From: a virus
Lineage: Duplodnaviria; Caudoviricetes
Virus record (IMG/VR): IMGVR_UViG_3300047369_000502
Coordinates: 1 to 56,324 of that record
Strand: one strand, 5' to 3'
Length of the DNA stretch: 56,324 nucleotides
A program made the position numbers and the translations under genes. Within the stretch, counting starts at the first letter, position 1. Each line of letters starts with the position of its first letter. The notes beneath the pieces were generated by a model. That model saw only the letters and a list, made by a program, of their open reading frames with translations, was not told the DNA's origin and did not search any database. Shown in pieces: positions 7,873-17,914 of this stretch.

Positions 7873-9081
7873 ATGGATATTAAGGGGTTAGAACAAAAAC
7901 CAATAGATGAATTATCTAATGATGAGGCGAAGCTGCTCGTAGACCATTACGAGCAGCTTTCTGCCAAATATACTGCATATGAACAAGCAGTTAAGTTGAC
8001 ACTTAACTCTATCTATGGAGCATTCGGTAATAAATGGTTTCACTTCTTTAACATCGATATTGCAGAATCTATTACTAAACAAGGTAAAAATGCAATTCTT
8101 TATTCTGAATCAATACTCAACAAATATGTTAATGATTTTTGGCATAAAGATACTGCTGTTCACCAACAATTTGGTATTAAAGTAAAAGGTAAAATAGAAA
8201 AACCTGCAGTAATCTATATTGACACAGATTCTTGTTATGTTCAGTTCCAAGACCTTTATGAGTCTATTATTTGGGAAGACGAATCTAAGCAATTAACAAT
8301 TGATGAATTTATCTTAGCATTTTATGCTTTTAGACTAAAGGATTACATTGTTAAATGTATGGAAAAATATGCAGATAAAAGAAATACAGATAATTTCTTA
8401 ATATTTGAACTAGAATCTCTTGCTTACAATGGTATTTGGATGAGTAAAAAGAAATACATTCAAAATATTGCATGGGATGATAAATTAGAAGTAACAGATC
8501 GACACCCTTCTTTGAAAAAAGTAAAAACAATTGGATTTGATACGATTCAATCTTCAACGCCTAAATTTGTAAGAGAAAAATTAGTAGAAGCTCTTAAGAT
8601 TTTATTTAAGTCTAGAGTTACACCAACATCTAAAGATTTACAAACTTTAGTTGAGTTTATGAAACAAACAAAAAAAGAGTTTGCTCTTATAGACGTAGAC
8701 GATATATCTTTTAATCGTAGAACTAATAACATTGACAAATATATTGTAGATGACCAAATAGAATTACAAGTTGGCCTAAAATGTCCAGCTAACGTAAAAG
8801 CTGCAGGTTATTACAATTATCTTCTTAATAATAATAAGAAGTACAAAAATAAGTATAAACTCATTGGTAATGGTGAAAAACTAAAAATTTACAACTGTAA
8901 ATCACCCATATCAGAAGTTTATGCATATATGCCTAATGAGCATCCATATGAAATTGCTCCTCCGGTAGATTATGACACTCAATTCGAAAAGTCCATGATC
9001 GACCCATTAAATAGAGTTTTAACAGCAATTGGATTGCAAACATTAGATACAAATCTAATTTACGCTTCGGCACTATTTTAA
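7873..9081 (+). CDS. Family-B DNA polymerase, C-terminal subunit (motifs B and C, thumb); gp43B-like
   Basis: KLTLNSIYGAFGN, AESITKQG, YIDTDSCY, KKKY, IQSSTP; C-terminal clamp-binding-like ASALF. Confidence 0.92.
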   Translation: MDIKGLEQKPIDELSNDEAKLLVDHYEQLSAKYTAYEQAVKLTLNSIYGAFGNKWFHFFNIDIAESITKQGKNAILYSESILNKYVNDFWHKDTAVHQQFGIKVKGKIEKPAVIYIDTDSCYVQFQDLYESIIWEDESKQLTIDEFILAFYAFRLKDYIVKCMEKYADKRNTDNFLIFELESLAYNGIWMSKKKYIQNIAWDDKLEVTDRHPSLKKVKTIGFDTIQSSTPKFVREKLVEALKILFKSRVTPTSKDLQTLVEFMKQTKKEFALIDVDDISFNRRTNNIDKYIVDDQIELQVGLKCPANVKAAGYYNYLLNNNKKYKNKYKLIGNGEKLKIYNCKSPISEVYAYMPNEHPYEIAPPVDYDTQFEKSMIDPLNRVLTAIGLQTLDTNLIYASALF

Positions 9082-9085
9082 ACAA

Positions 9086-9280
9086 ATGACAAATATTCTA
9101 TCACACAAAACAATTATCGATTTGGTAAAAAAATATCCAAACGACATGGAATTGGGCAAACATGTTAGACAATTAGTCTGGCAATTAAATGAACAAAACC
9201 CAAAAAATGAAAAGCAATTATCTATATTCGACGACTACGATGAGGATGTTGATACAATTGCACAAAGAGGCATAGACTAA
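9086..9280 (+). CDS. Hypothetical protein
   Basis: 64-aa ORF tightly packed in the operon; YPNDMELG motif. Confidence 0.65.
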   Translation: MTNILSHKTIIDLVKKYPNDMELGKHVRQLVWQLNEQNPKNEKQLSIFDDYDEDVDTIAQRGID

Positions 9281-9281
9281 T

Positions 9282-9491
9282 ATGGAAGTAAAATTAAATA
9301 AAGAGCAACATGATTTTGTAGAAAACTACAGAAGAATTTTGCATAAATTAGCCGATATTCAATATCAAGTAGATGAGCTTCAAACAGAGGCTAAAAAGTA
9401 TATTAAAGAATTAAATGATTTAAGAGAACAAGAAAGAGCTCTTTTTCCAGACCAAGATGTACTTGATATAAATGAAGAAACAAAGGGCTAA
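9282..9491 (+). CDS. Hypothetical coiled-coil protein
   Basis: 69-aa ORF packed in the operon. Confidence 0.65.
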   Translation: MEVKLNKEQHDFVENYRRILHKLADIQYQVDELQTEAKKYIKELNDLREQERALFPDQDVLDINEETKG

Positions 9492-9503
9492 TTTAACATA
9501 TAA
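9477..9503 (+). promoter_or_regulatory. Middle-type promoter for uvsX
   Basis: GAAAC 9477-81, TATAA 9499-9503. Confidence 0.65.
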
Positions 9504-9522
9504 CTAAAAACAATATCATAAT

Positions 9523-10632
9523 ATGGCAAAGAAAGATTTCAGTTTTGACGACATAAATGCAGAATTAAAACAATTGAATCCAATGGGTTCAGTTATGGAA
9601 AATTCTACATTCAGTGAGGTTACAGAGTGGATTGACACTGGTAATTATCACTTAAACGCATGTGTAAGTGGTTCGCTTTTTGGTGGCTGGCCAAATAGTA
9701 GAACATGTTCAATTGCAGGACCATCAGGTACTGGTAAAACGTTCTTAGTTTTAAACTCAGTTAAAAGAGCAATTGATATGGGATATAGTGTAATTTACTA
9801 TGACTCAGAAGCTGCTGTTGATAAAGACCAAATGATTAAGTTTGGCATTGATACATCTAAAGTTAACTATCAGCCAATCAATACTGTTCAAGAGTTTAGA
9901 ACTTCAGTTACTACATTAACTAGCAAAATGCAAGAAATCAAAAGAATTGGTGGTAAAACACCAAAAGTTATGATGATTCTTGATTCTGCAGGTAACTTAG
10001 CAACACAGAAGGAAATTGAAGATGCAAAATCAGGTAGTGAAAAAGCTGACATGACAAGGTCTAAAGTTCTTAAATCTATTTTTAGAATTATTATGACACC
10101 ATTGGCAGACTTAAAGATTCCATTTATTTTTACTAATCACACATACCAAACTCAAGATTTTATTTCTAGACAAGTTGCTGGTGGTGGAACAGGACCAGAA
10201 TATGCTGCATCGATTGTTTTATTCTTAAACAAAGCACAGCTTAAAGAGTCTAGTGGAGAAAAAGCAGGTATTATTGTTACAGCAAAACCAAATAAAAATA
10301 GATTTGCTAAACCACACAATATCAAATTCCATTTACATTTTACAAAGGGCATGAACAGATATGTTGGTTTAGAACAATATATCGATTGGGAAGAAATAGG
10401 TATTACTAAAGGTGTAATTGAAAAAGGTGAAAAGATTCCTAAAAAGACCGCAAGAAATTGGATTTGTAAACATTTAGACGAATCAGTACCTAACAAAGAT
10501 TTCTTCTCAGAAAAAGTCTTTACTCAAGAGGTTTTAGAAAAGATTGAGGCAAGAATTAAACATGTGTTTAATTACAACACAGAAGAGCGTGAAATAGATT
10601 TAGACGAAATTTTAGAAGAGGATGCAAATTAA
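9523..10632 (+). CDS. uvsX: RecA-like recombinase UvsX
   Basis: IDTGNYHLN, Walker A GPSGTGKT, YYDSE, Walker B ILDS, TNHTY, GGG. Confidence 0.92.
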   Translation: MAKKDFSFDDINAELKQLNPMGSVMENSTFSEVTEWIDTGNYHLNACVSGSLFGGWPNSRTCSIAGPSGTGKTFLVLNSVKRAIDMGYSVIYYDSEAAVDKDQMIKFGIDTSKVNYQPINTVQEFRTSVTTLTSKMQEIKRIGGKTPKVMMILDSAGNLATQKEIEDAKSGSEKADMTRSKVLKSIFRIIMTPLADLKIPFIFTNHTYQTQDFISRQVAGGGTGPEYAASIVLFLNKAQLKESSGEKAGIIVTAKPNKNRFAKPHNIKFHLHFTKGMNRYVGLEQYIDWEEIGITKGVIEKGEKIPKKTARNWICKHLDESVPNKDFFSEKVFTQEVLEKIEARIKHVFNYNTEEREIDLDEILEEDAN

Positions 10633-10921
10633 TGAGGATAAGTTACCTATAAAATACATTTTAGGTATTGAAAAGGACTTACCCAATTATCCAACATCTT
10701 TTGACATATTACTAGCTGAAGTTAAGCTATGTGTTAGAATGCCAGATAGACACAAGGGTAATTTTACTCTACATGCCTTAAAAACTTATAGGTTTCCAGA
10801 AACAAGTGAAGACCATTTATTAGATTCAATTGAAGAACTACTTAAATTGGATTTGATCGAAAGTGTCAATGAAACTCCAGGTAAATTATCTTGGAAAATT
10901 AAAGAAAACCCATTTGGGTAA
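10622..10921 (+). CDS. Hypothetical protein (possible winged helix)
   Basis: 99-aa ORF overlapping the uvsX stop. Confidence 0.6.
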   Translation: MQINEDKLPIKYILGIEKDLPNYPTSFDILLAEVKLCVRMPDRHKGNFTLHALKTYRFPETSEDHLLDSIEELLKLDLIESVNETPGKLSWKIKENPFG

Positions 10922-10967
10922 ACAATATGTGATTTTCACATACAATAATAAACGAAAAATATATTAA

Positions 10968-12284
10968 ATGGAATTTGGACAGGATTTTGAAAAGATTTTC
11001 TTCAAGCTTTCTTTAGCAAAGCCAAAATATTTACAGAGCATTAAAGCTGGGTTTTATACATCTGAAGAGATCGATATTTTAAGTAGAATATCTAACCAAT
11101 TCTATACAAAATATAATGAAACTCCAACTAAAGAAAACCTATCACTATTAACTCAAAGAAATCAAAGAGCTAAAGAAAAGATATCTGAAAATATATTAGA
11201 TATTTTATTTGAAGTTGATTTAGACCAATATGACGAAGATTGGTTAACTTCTACCGCTGAATCTTGGATTAAATGGCGTACATTTGACACTTCTTTAGTA
11301 GATACTATAGAATTTATTAAGACTACACAGGTTACTCCTGAGAATGTAGACAGTATTGTTACTAAAGTTAAAGGTCTTATTAATGATAGAAATAATCTTA
11401 GTTTTAATTCTGATTTAGGTTTAGACTTCTTCGATGTCGATTCACACGACCAAAGAGAAACAGAAAAAGTAAGTACAGGTTACAATTTTATTGATAGAAT
11501 GTTAGGTGGTGGTTATGACAAAGGTGGTAACCTCGTCGTTTATGCAGGTGAGCAGAATATCGGTAAGTCAATTTACTTGGCAAACGATGCTGCCAACTTT
11601 GTAAAAATGGGAACCAATACTGTAGTAATTACCGCAGAAATGGCAGCACACAAGTTTGTAAAAAGAATCGGTTCAAATTTGTTAACCATTGATATCAATG
11701 ATTATGCAGAAAAAGCAAAAAGTAAAGATTCTATTAAAAGAAAATTAGAAACAGTTGGAGATGGCTTTACCCCTCCAGGCCAACTGTTTATTAAACAATT
11801 TCCAACATCGCAAGCAACAGTATTAGATATTGAAGCATACGTTAGTCAAATTGAAGAAGAAAGACAAATTAAAATAGGAGCAGTTGTAGTTGACTATATT
11901 AATATTTTGGCAAATTACAGAAATCAAAATACTGAAAATACTTATATGAAGATTAAGCAAATCGCTGAAGACCTTCGAGCTATGGGTATTAGAAACGATT
12001 GGTTAATTGTTACAGCAACACAAATCACCAGATCTGGCTATAATTCATCAGATATTACAATGACAGATATTGCAGAATCTGCAGGTCTTTCACACACGGC
12101 TGATGTTATGTTAGGTATTATTCAAGATGATTTAATGAGAGCCAATAATGAGTATTGGTTAAAGGTTCTCAAAATAAGAGATGGAGAAGGTAAAGGAACT
12201 AAATGTAAGTTAAACATTAATTGGAATTACATGAGACTTGTCGAAACAGACGATATTACTAATTCTAATTTACACAGTATATAA
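10968..12284 (+). CDS. Replicative DnaB-like helicase (T4 gp41-like)
   Basis: STGYNFID, Walker A GEQNIGKS, TAEM, VVDYINI, IAEDLR, TATQ, AESAGL, KIRDG. Confidence 0.93.
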   Translation: MEFGQDFEKIFFKLSLAKPKYLQSIKAGFYTSEEIDILSRISNQFYTKYNETPTKENLSLLTQRNQRAKEKISENILDILFEVDLDQYDEDWLTSTAESWIKWRTFDTSLVDTIEFIKTTQVTPENVDSIVTKVKGLINDRNNLSFNSDLGLDFFDVDSHDQRETEKVSTGYNFIDRMLGGGYDKGGNLVVYAGEQNIGKSIYLANDAANFVKMGTNTVVITAEMAAHKFVKRIGSNLLTIDINDYAEKAKSKDSIKRKLETVGDGFTPPGQLFIKQFPTSQATVLDIEAYVSQIEEERQIKIGAVVVDYINILANYRNQNTENTYMKIKQIAEDLRAMGIRNDWLIVTATQITRSGYNSSDITMTDIAESAGLSHTADVMLGIIQDDLMRANNEYWLKVLKIRDGEGKGTKCKLNINWNYMRLVETDDITNSNLHSI

Positions 12285-12286
12285 TT

Positions 12287-12724
12287 ATGGCAAACGATAA
12301 AATATTTAATAATTCATTTGATTCTCCTGATTTTGAATTAAACGGTAGTATAAATTTTGATTTAGACCCTTCTATAAAACAGAATCAAGACCAAGAAGAG
12401 AAGATTCATTACGATATGATTGCTAGAAAGATTCATGAATTAATTGGACTTTCTAGATTTAAAGTGTTTAATGAAGTCGATGAATTAGGTAAATGTAATA
12501 ATCTCAAGAAGGCAGATATAAACGCGGTATATGGCTATATAGTAGATGAGATGGGTTCTAAATTTAGTAGAATAGATTTGTTTAGCGAATCATGTGTTTA
12601 TTTTGACATTAACCCTTCAAAGTTTTATAGTTCACTATCTAATGTCTATAAAGAAGACCTTATTCAAGAACTTGACGATAGAACAGGTATTTTAGAAAAG
12701 AAAAACATTAAAAGATTATTTTAA
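12287..12724 (+). CDS. Probable late-transcription coactivator (T4 gp33-like)
   Basis: C-terminal pattern IDLFSESCVYFDINPSKFYSSLSNVYKEDLIQEL...KRLF resembles the gp33 core plus a clamp-binding tail. Confidence 0.45.
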   Translation: MANDKIFNNSFDSPDFELNGSINFDLDPSIKQNQDQEEKIHYDMIARKIHELIGLSRFKVFNEVDELGKCNNLKKADINAVYGYIVDEMGSKFSRIDLFSESCVYFDINPSKFYSSLSNVYKEDLIQELDDRTGILEKKNIKRLF

Positions 12725-13840
12725 ATGATTGATTCCAAAGTAATCAAACAAGGTGCCAAAAGAGTTTGGGTTCTTGGAGATTTACATTTTGGTGTTAGAG
12801 CCAATTCAACAGAATGGCTTAATATTCAAAAACATTTCTTTGAAGAACTTTTTATTCCAACTCTTAAGAAACATGTCAAACCAGGTGACGTTTTAGTACA
12901 AGTCGGTGACACGTTCGATAACAGGCAAAGTATTAACATTAAGGTACTTAATTATGCAGTTGACTTATTCGAAAGATTAGGTGAAATCTTACCTGTTCAC
13001 ATTATATGTGGTAATCATGATATTTGGGCCAAAAGTTCAAATGAAGTAACTTCTATTGATAGTTTAAAATGGATTCCTAATGTTCAAATATACAAAGACC
13101 CCAAACTATTAGATTGGTCAGGAAGAAAAGTATTAATGATGCCTTGGAGAAGAGACGCATCACATGAAGCTGAAACATTAGCGGAATATCCACAAGCTGA
13201 AATAGTCTATTGTCATTCAGAAGTAAGAGGTATTTACCTAAATGCAAAGGTAAAAAACGATCACGGTACAGATTCCAATATTTATGATAAGTATACTAGA
13301 GTTTATTCTGGCCATATTCACTTTAGACAAAATAAAGGAAAGCTTTTAATGGTTGGTGTACCATATCAATTGACCAGATCTGATTCTAATAATACAAAGG
13401 GATTTGACCTCGTTGACTTAGAGACAATGGAAGAGACTTTCTTTGAAAACGATATATCACCTAAGTTTTTAAAGTATAATTTAACACAGTTATACGATAT
13501 GCCACTGGGACAGTTTAAGAATCAGATAGAGAATAATTTTATCGATCTTTTTGTTCCTTCTAAAATAGCTACAACTAATTCATTAAGTAAGTTAATCAAT
13601 AAGATACAACATATTGGTAGAAAACTAGAACCAAATATTTATCAAGAAGACAACTATATCGATAAAGATTTTTACGATATTGATGAGATAGAAGATATGT
13701 ATAAAAATTACAACATATTAAATTTATGTAATATGTATGTTGAAGGTTTAAACGAAGATGAAGATATTAAAGAAAAATTAAAAAAGAAACTAAAACAATT
13801 GTACACACAGTGTGCATATAATTACGATATAGAAAAATGA
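12725..13840 (+). CDS. Recombination endonuclease, Mre11/SbcD-like (gp47)
   Basis: GDLHFG, GDTFDNR, GNHD, HSE, SGHIH. Confidence 0.92.
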   Translation: MIDSKVIKQGAKRVWVLGDLHFGVRANSTEWLNIQKHFFEELFIPTLKKHVKPGDVLVQVGDTFDNRQSINIKVLNYAVDLFERLGEILPVHIICGNHDIWAKSSNEVTSIDSLKWIPNVQIYKDPKLLDWSGRKVLMMPWRRDASHEAETLAEYPQAEIVYCHSEVRGIYLNAKVKNDHGTDSNIYDKYTRVYSGHIHFRQNKGKLLMVGVPYQLTRSDSNNTKGFDLVDLETMEETFFENDISPKFLKYNLTQLYDMPLGQFKNQIENNFIDLFVPSKIATTNSLSKLINKIQHIGRKLEPNIYQEDNYIDKDFYDIDEIEDMYKNYNILNLCNMYVEGLNEDEDIKEKLKKKLKQLYTQCAYNYDIEK

Positions 13841-15507
13841 GAATAGATTACGTTGAATTTAAAAACTTTTCTTCATACGGAAATCAAATACAAAGATTAG
13901 AGTTTGAAAAGGACCAATCTAAATTGTTTTTAACGCTGGGTAAAAACGGCGATGGTAAAACCACTATTGCCAATGCAATCATTTATGCACTATATGGAAA
14001 AGTAGAAGGCGTTAAGTTATCTGATTTACCTAATAGAATTAACAAAGAGCTTTATGTAAAAATAGGGTTAGAATGTAATTCTATGAAAGTAGAAATTGAA
14101 AGAGGTTTAATGCCAAATAAATTTACAGTCTTATTAAATGGAGTAGAATTTGATAAAGCTGGTAAAAAATCTGTTCAAGACTATTTGGAAGAAGAAATAT
14201 TTGGAATACCATATCATGTATTTAAAAATATAATTATCCTCTCTGTAAATGATTTCAAATCATTTTTAACCATGTCAAATCAAGATAAAAAACAAATTAT
14301 CGATAAGATGTTTGGTTTTTCTATTCTTAATGATATGCAAAAACAAATAAAAGAGGAAAGAAGAGATATTAAATATGATATAGACTCATATGATGCTGAG
14401 TTAAATCAAATTATGGATTCAATTGCTTCTGTTAGAGGTAAATTAAATACTTTACTAGAAGAGTCTGCGACTGCCAACGCATCTAAAATAGAAGAATTAA
14501 AATCACAGCTATTATCTTTGAATGAGACTGTTAATGAGCTTCAAACTGGTCGTCAAAAAGAAGAAGATGCCATGAATAAGTTCAACACAGAATACAATGA
14601 AAAAAGAACAGAAGCTGGAGATTTAAAAAGAGAAATAGATTATCTGAATAAAAAATTAAAACTATACGAAAGTGGACATTGTCCAACTTGTGAAACTAAA
14701 TTAACTTCTGATTGGCACGTAAAACAAAAAGATTCTTTTACTGAAAAGATTGATGCCAGCACAAATGATATTAAGTCTATTAAAACAGAGATGGATGCTC
14801 TGCAAGATAAAGTTTTAAACGCTAGAGATTCTAAACTAGAATTAGAAACACAAATATCAGATAACAAAGTTGCAATGAGAGGTTTAAAGTCAGAACTTAT
14901 TAAATTAAAAGATAGTTCACAAGGTGCAGACTTCGATCATATGCGAAATTTGATTCAAGAATTTGAAGATAAAGAGGCTGAAAAGTCTAAAAATATGGGC
15001 GTATTAAACGCTGACTATAATTTTATGGAAATTGTAGAACAAGTATTAGGTGAAGATGGTGTAAAAAACCTAGCAGTTAAAACTATATTACCTGGACTTA
15101 ATACTAACATTGCAGCTATGGCTCAAACCATGCACTTACCGTTCCATATTAGATTTGATGAAAAATTTAATTGTATTATCAATCATTTAGGAGAAGAAAT
15201 AAATCCAATGACTCTTTCTACTGGTGAAAGAAAAAAAGCAGACTTTATTATCATTATTGCTATTATTAAAATCTTAAAACTAAGATTCCCGCAGTTAAAC
15301 CTCCTTTTCTTAGATGAGTTATTATCTTCGGTAGACCATGACGGTGTTTACAATATTCTTAAGATTTTAAACCAAGTTATTAAAGAGAATAAAATTAATA
15401 CATTTGTTATTAATCACTCTGTTCTTCCGCATGAAATATTTGATAAGAAAATTCAGATATACAGAGAAAATGGCTTTTCTAAGTTTACGATTGAGAACAT
15501 AGATTAA
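13837..15507 (+). CDS. Recombination ATPase, Rad50/SbcC-like (gp46)
   Basis: FKNFSSYG, GKNGDGKTT, coiled coil with CPTC zinc hook, LSTGE signature, LDE, H-loop. Confidence 0.93.
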   Translation: MRIDYVEFKNFSSYGNQIQRLEFEKDQSKLFLTLGKNGDGKTTIANAIIYALYGKVEGVKLSDLPNRINKELYVKIGLECNSMKVEIERGLMPNKFTVLLNGVEFDKAGKKSVQDYLEEEIFGIPYHVFKNIIILSVNDFKSFLTMSNQDKKQIIDKMFGFSILNDMQKQIKEERRDIKYDIDSYDAELNQIMDSIASVRGKLNTLLEESATANASKIEELKSQLLSLNETVNELQTGRQKEEDAMNKFNTEYNEKRTEAGDLKREIDYLNKKLKLYESGHCPTCETKLTSDWHVKQKDSFTEKIDASTNDIKSIKTEMDALQDKVLNARDSKLELETQISDNKVAMRGLKSELIKLKDSSQGADFDHMRNLIQEFEDKEAEKSKNMGVLNADYNFMEIVEQVLGEDGVKNLAVKTILPGLNTNIAAMAQTMHLPFHIRFDEKFNCIINHLGEEINPMTLSTGERKKADFIIIIAIIKILKLRFPQLNLLFLDELLSSVDHDGVYNILKILNQVIKENKINTFVINHSVLPHEIFDKKIQIYRENGFSKFTIENID

Positions 15508-15511
15508 AAAT

Positions 15512-15519
15512 GATATATA
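15512..15519 (+). promoter_or_regulatory. Late-type promoter GATATATA
   Basis: Motif found upstream of nearly every structural gene. Confidence 0.65.
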
Positions 15520-15523
15520 ATTA

Positions 15524-16594
15524 ATGGCAACATATAATTTAAAATTCAATAAAGACGATTCTGTTATTAGACACCTTGTAGTTGGTCTTCTTGCAGATTT
15601 AAACAGTAAGCTTAGTTTTTGGAGACAAGTCTCTAATGACGAAAGAGTTGTCGTTGATGTTCCCTTTTTCTATTCAGTCACTGGAGATGAAAACTTTTTA
15701 AAAGATGCTTTTTTATTTTCAAACGTAAACGGATTAAGTTGTGACCCAGATGGTCAATTTGCAGATGGCAATTACGATAAGGTACCAAGAGGTATTGTAA
15801 ACTTAACTTCTTTTAATGTAGACCCTTCTAAATTAATTAACAAAAGAAATTTAGGACAATATTCTATGATGAATGAAAGAGGTTTAATGGAAGGTTTTGT
15901 AGCTGAGTTTGAAATGATTCCTGTTGTTTTAGGGGTTGATGTTGAAATTTTAGTATCAAGTCAATTAGATTTGTTCAAAGTTACTGAAGCTATAGTTAAA
16001 AAAATGTACAAAGCTAATTTCTATCACGTCGACGCAGGTCACTTAGAAGATGGTACTTATAGAATTTCATCTGAATATATGATGCCAGATGATTATACAC
16101 AAGAGAGACCAGTTGAATATTCATTTGACGATAAAGAAAACCATAAAGTTACGTTTAGCTTAGAGGTTAATTCGTTTATACCTTCATTTGATTTTGAAGA
16201 AGACATTTATCAAAAATTTACTAGAACTTCATTTGCAAATGGTATAACTGGAAACTATGGAGACCCTAACGGATTCTTAGACCCAACTGTACCACCTAGT
16301 ATTTACATAGATTGCATCAATAACACCAAATGGGAATCAGATGGTACAAAATGGATTTTAATTGAAGAGGGTGTTTCTTGTGAATCTCAAAACGATTTCC
16401 TAGGTAATCAACAAACAACTGAAACTCAATTAAAAAGAGTTAGCAGAAGAAAGAAACAATCTAATAGAATGTTTACAATTGGTAACAGTGGATTAAACGA
16501 AAAAGGTATAAAAGACGAAGAGATTCAAAGGAATAATTCTATGCTAGAAGACCAATATGGTGTCGAGGGAACTGAATTACCATTCGACGAATAA
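15524..16594 (+). CDS. Tail sheath stabiliser/completion protein (T4 gp15-like) with C-terminal extension
   Basis: IRHLVVGLLADLN...VPFFY...PRGIVNLTSFNVDP...PVVLGVDVEILV...DLFKVTE parallels gp15. Confidence 0.7.
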   Translation: MATYNLKFNKDDSVIRHLVVGLLADLNSKLSFWRQVSNDERVVVDVPFFYSVTGDENFLKDAFLFSNVNGLSCDPDGQFADGNYDKVPRGIVNLTSFNVDPSKLINKRNLGQYSMMNERGLMEGFVAEFEMIPVVLGVDVEILVSSQLDLFKVTEAIVKKMYKANFYHVDAGHLEDGTYRISSEYMMPDDYTQERPVEYSFDDKENHKVTFSLEVNSFIPSFDFEEDIYQKFTRTSFANGITGNYGDPNGFLDPTVPPSIYIDCINNTKWESDGTKWILIEEGVSCESQNDFLGNQQTTETQLKRVSRRKKQSNRMFTIGNSGLNEKGIKDEEIQRNNSMLEDQYGVEGTELPFDE

Positions 16595-16630
16595 AATAAG
16601 GATATATATTAAAAATCAAAGACCAAAACA

Positions 16631-17815
16631 ATGGGAAAATTAAATAAAGCAATTTTATCACCAGTAGTTGAAGAACAAGGTACAACTTGGTTCAATGTAG
16701 CTGGTCATAATTTTAAAATGGCAAACCAAAATATTGAATTGACAGATGATGTTAATTCAACTTTTGTGTCATTAGTAGAAGCTGTAAATACTTTTTCATT
16801 TGATGAGAATTCTATTTCATTTTTATATGATTACAATAATAAAACCAGAATTTCTAAAACATCTAATGCAGCTTTAGAATCTTTTGATAAACTAGTAGAA
16901 CTAGAAGCAAAAGCAAAATTCTTAAATGAATCAAGAAAGAAAGTAAGTTTAAATTCAAAAACAAAAACAGCAGTCGGTACAGTGCAGGAAGAATTATCTT
17001 TAGTTGAATCAGAAATTAATTCAATTAAAAAATCTTCAATTGCAGTAAGATTTTCATATAATGTAACTGAAAACAAATTTTACGCTAATAATATAGAAAT
17101 GCTAAATGTAGGCTTATCATTATCTGAAAGCGTATTTTCTGCAGGTTATATTAAGTATGAAGATAAAGCTATTTTTAATTTATTTGAGCTAGCTTCTAAC
17201 CACTTTAATTTATTTAAAACGTTAGATTTCGTTACAGAGACTAGAGATAATGATATTGTTTCTGTTGCAATGAGATCGGGCAATAATACATTTGTTTTCG
17301 ATTTAAACGAGTCTACTAGAATTTCAGCATTTAAAAGACTATTAGCTGACGAAGCTATTGAGTATGTTGCTGAAAGAACGGGAGCAGATATTACTTTTAT
17401 GGTTGAAGATATTTTAGAATCTTTCGTTGCAAGAAGAGAAGCTAAAACAAAAAAACTATCACTAATGCAAGAAATGATTTTCTTCTTGAAGGACCAAAAG
17501 GGTAGATTAGCCGAAGCAAATAGAAACCTAACAGATATCAAAGCAGCTGATAATTTATTAGATTCTGAAATAAAAAGAATTTCAGAAGAAATTACTGAAT
17601 TGGAAAATGAAGATTTACTAACAACTGCAGATGGATATATTGATGCTACTTTATCAAGAGAAGTTGATGGAGTTGCAGCAGATACTGAACTTAAAGTTGA
17701 TGCATTAGAATATACTAGTGCAGGTAAAAACGACATTTTAACTGTATTTTTAAACGACGAACCTTTTAGAGTTGAAAAACACAGTATAAACATCCCAAGT
17801 AAAGAAGGTATTTAA
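16631..17815 (+). CDS. Hypothetical protein, probably virion/late
   Basis: 394-aa ORF preceded by GATATATA (16601-08); coiled-coil segments. Confidence 0.7.
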   Translation: MGKLNKAILSPVVEEQGTTWFNVAGHNFKMANQNIELTDDVNSTFVSLVEAVNTFSFDENSISFLYDYNNKTRISKTSNAALESFDKLVELEAKAKFLNESRKKVSLNSKTKTAVGTVQEELSLVESEINSIKKSSIAVRFSYNVTENKFYANNIEMLNVGLSLSESVFSAGYIKYEDKAIFNLFELASNHFNLFKTLDFVTETRDNDIVSVAMRSGNNTFVFDLNESTRISAFKRLLADEAIEYVAERTGADITFMVEDILESFVARREAKTKKLSLMQEMIFFLKDQKGRLAEANRNLTDIKAADNLLDSEIKRISEEITELENEDLLTTADGYIDATLSREVDGVAADTELKVDALEYTSAGKNDILTVFLNDEPFRVEKHSINIPSKEGI

Positions 17816-17854
17816 TATCCCTCACAGCTTAGAGCTTTACTTACAAATTAATAG

Positions 17855-17885
17855 AAGCTCGTTTGGAAACAAACGAGCTTTTTTT
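17855..17885 (+). terminator. Intrinsic terminator overlapping the gp55 promoter
   Basis: AAGCTCGTTTG-GAAA-CAAACGAGCTT followed by a T-tract. Confidence 0.8.
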
Positions 17886-17892
17886 CGTATAA
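17866..17892 (+). promoter_or_regulatory. Middle-type promoter driving the late sigma gene
   Basis: GAAAC 17866-70, TATAA 17888-92. Confidence 0.65.
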
Positions 17893-17914
17893 AAACAAAT
17901 AAAGCAATTTAAAC

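Noticed and set aside
2049-9081. Split intein or intron explaining the polymerase split
   Set aside because: No intein N-terminal C/S block or HN-C/S/T end, and no group I core visible; both halves end and begin in fingers-helix sequence.
17146-17793. 215-aa minus-strand ORF
   Set aside because: Entirely antisense to 16631-17815, with shadow-type composition.
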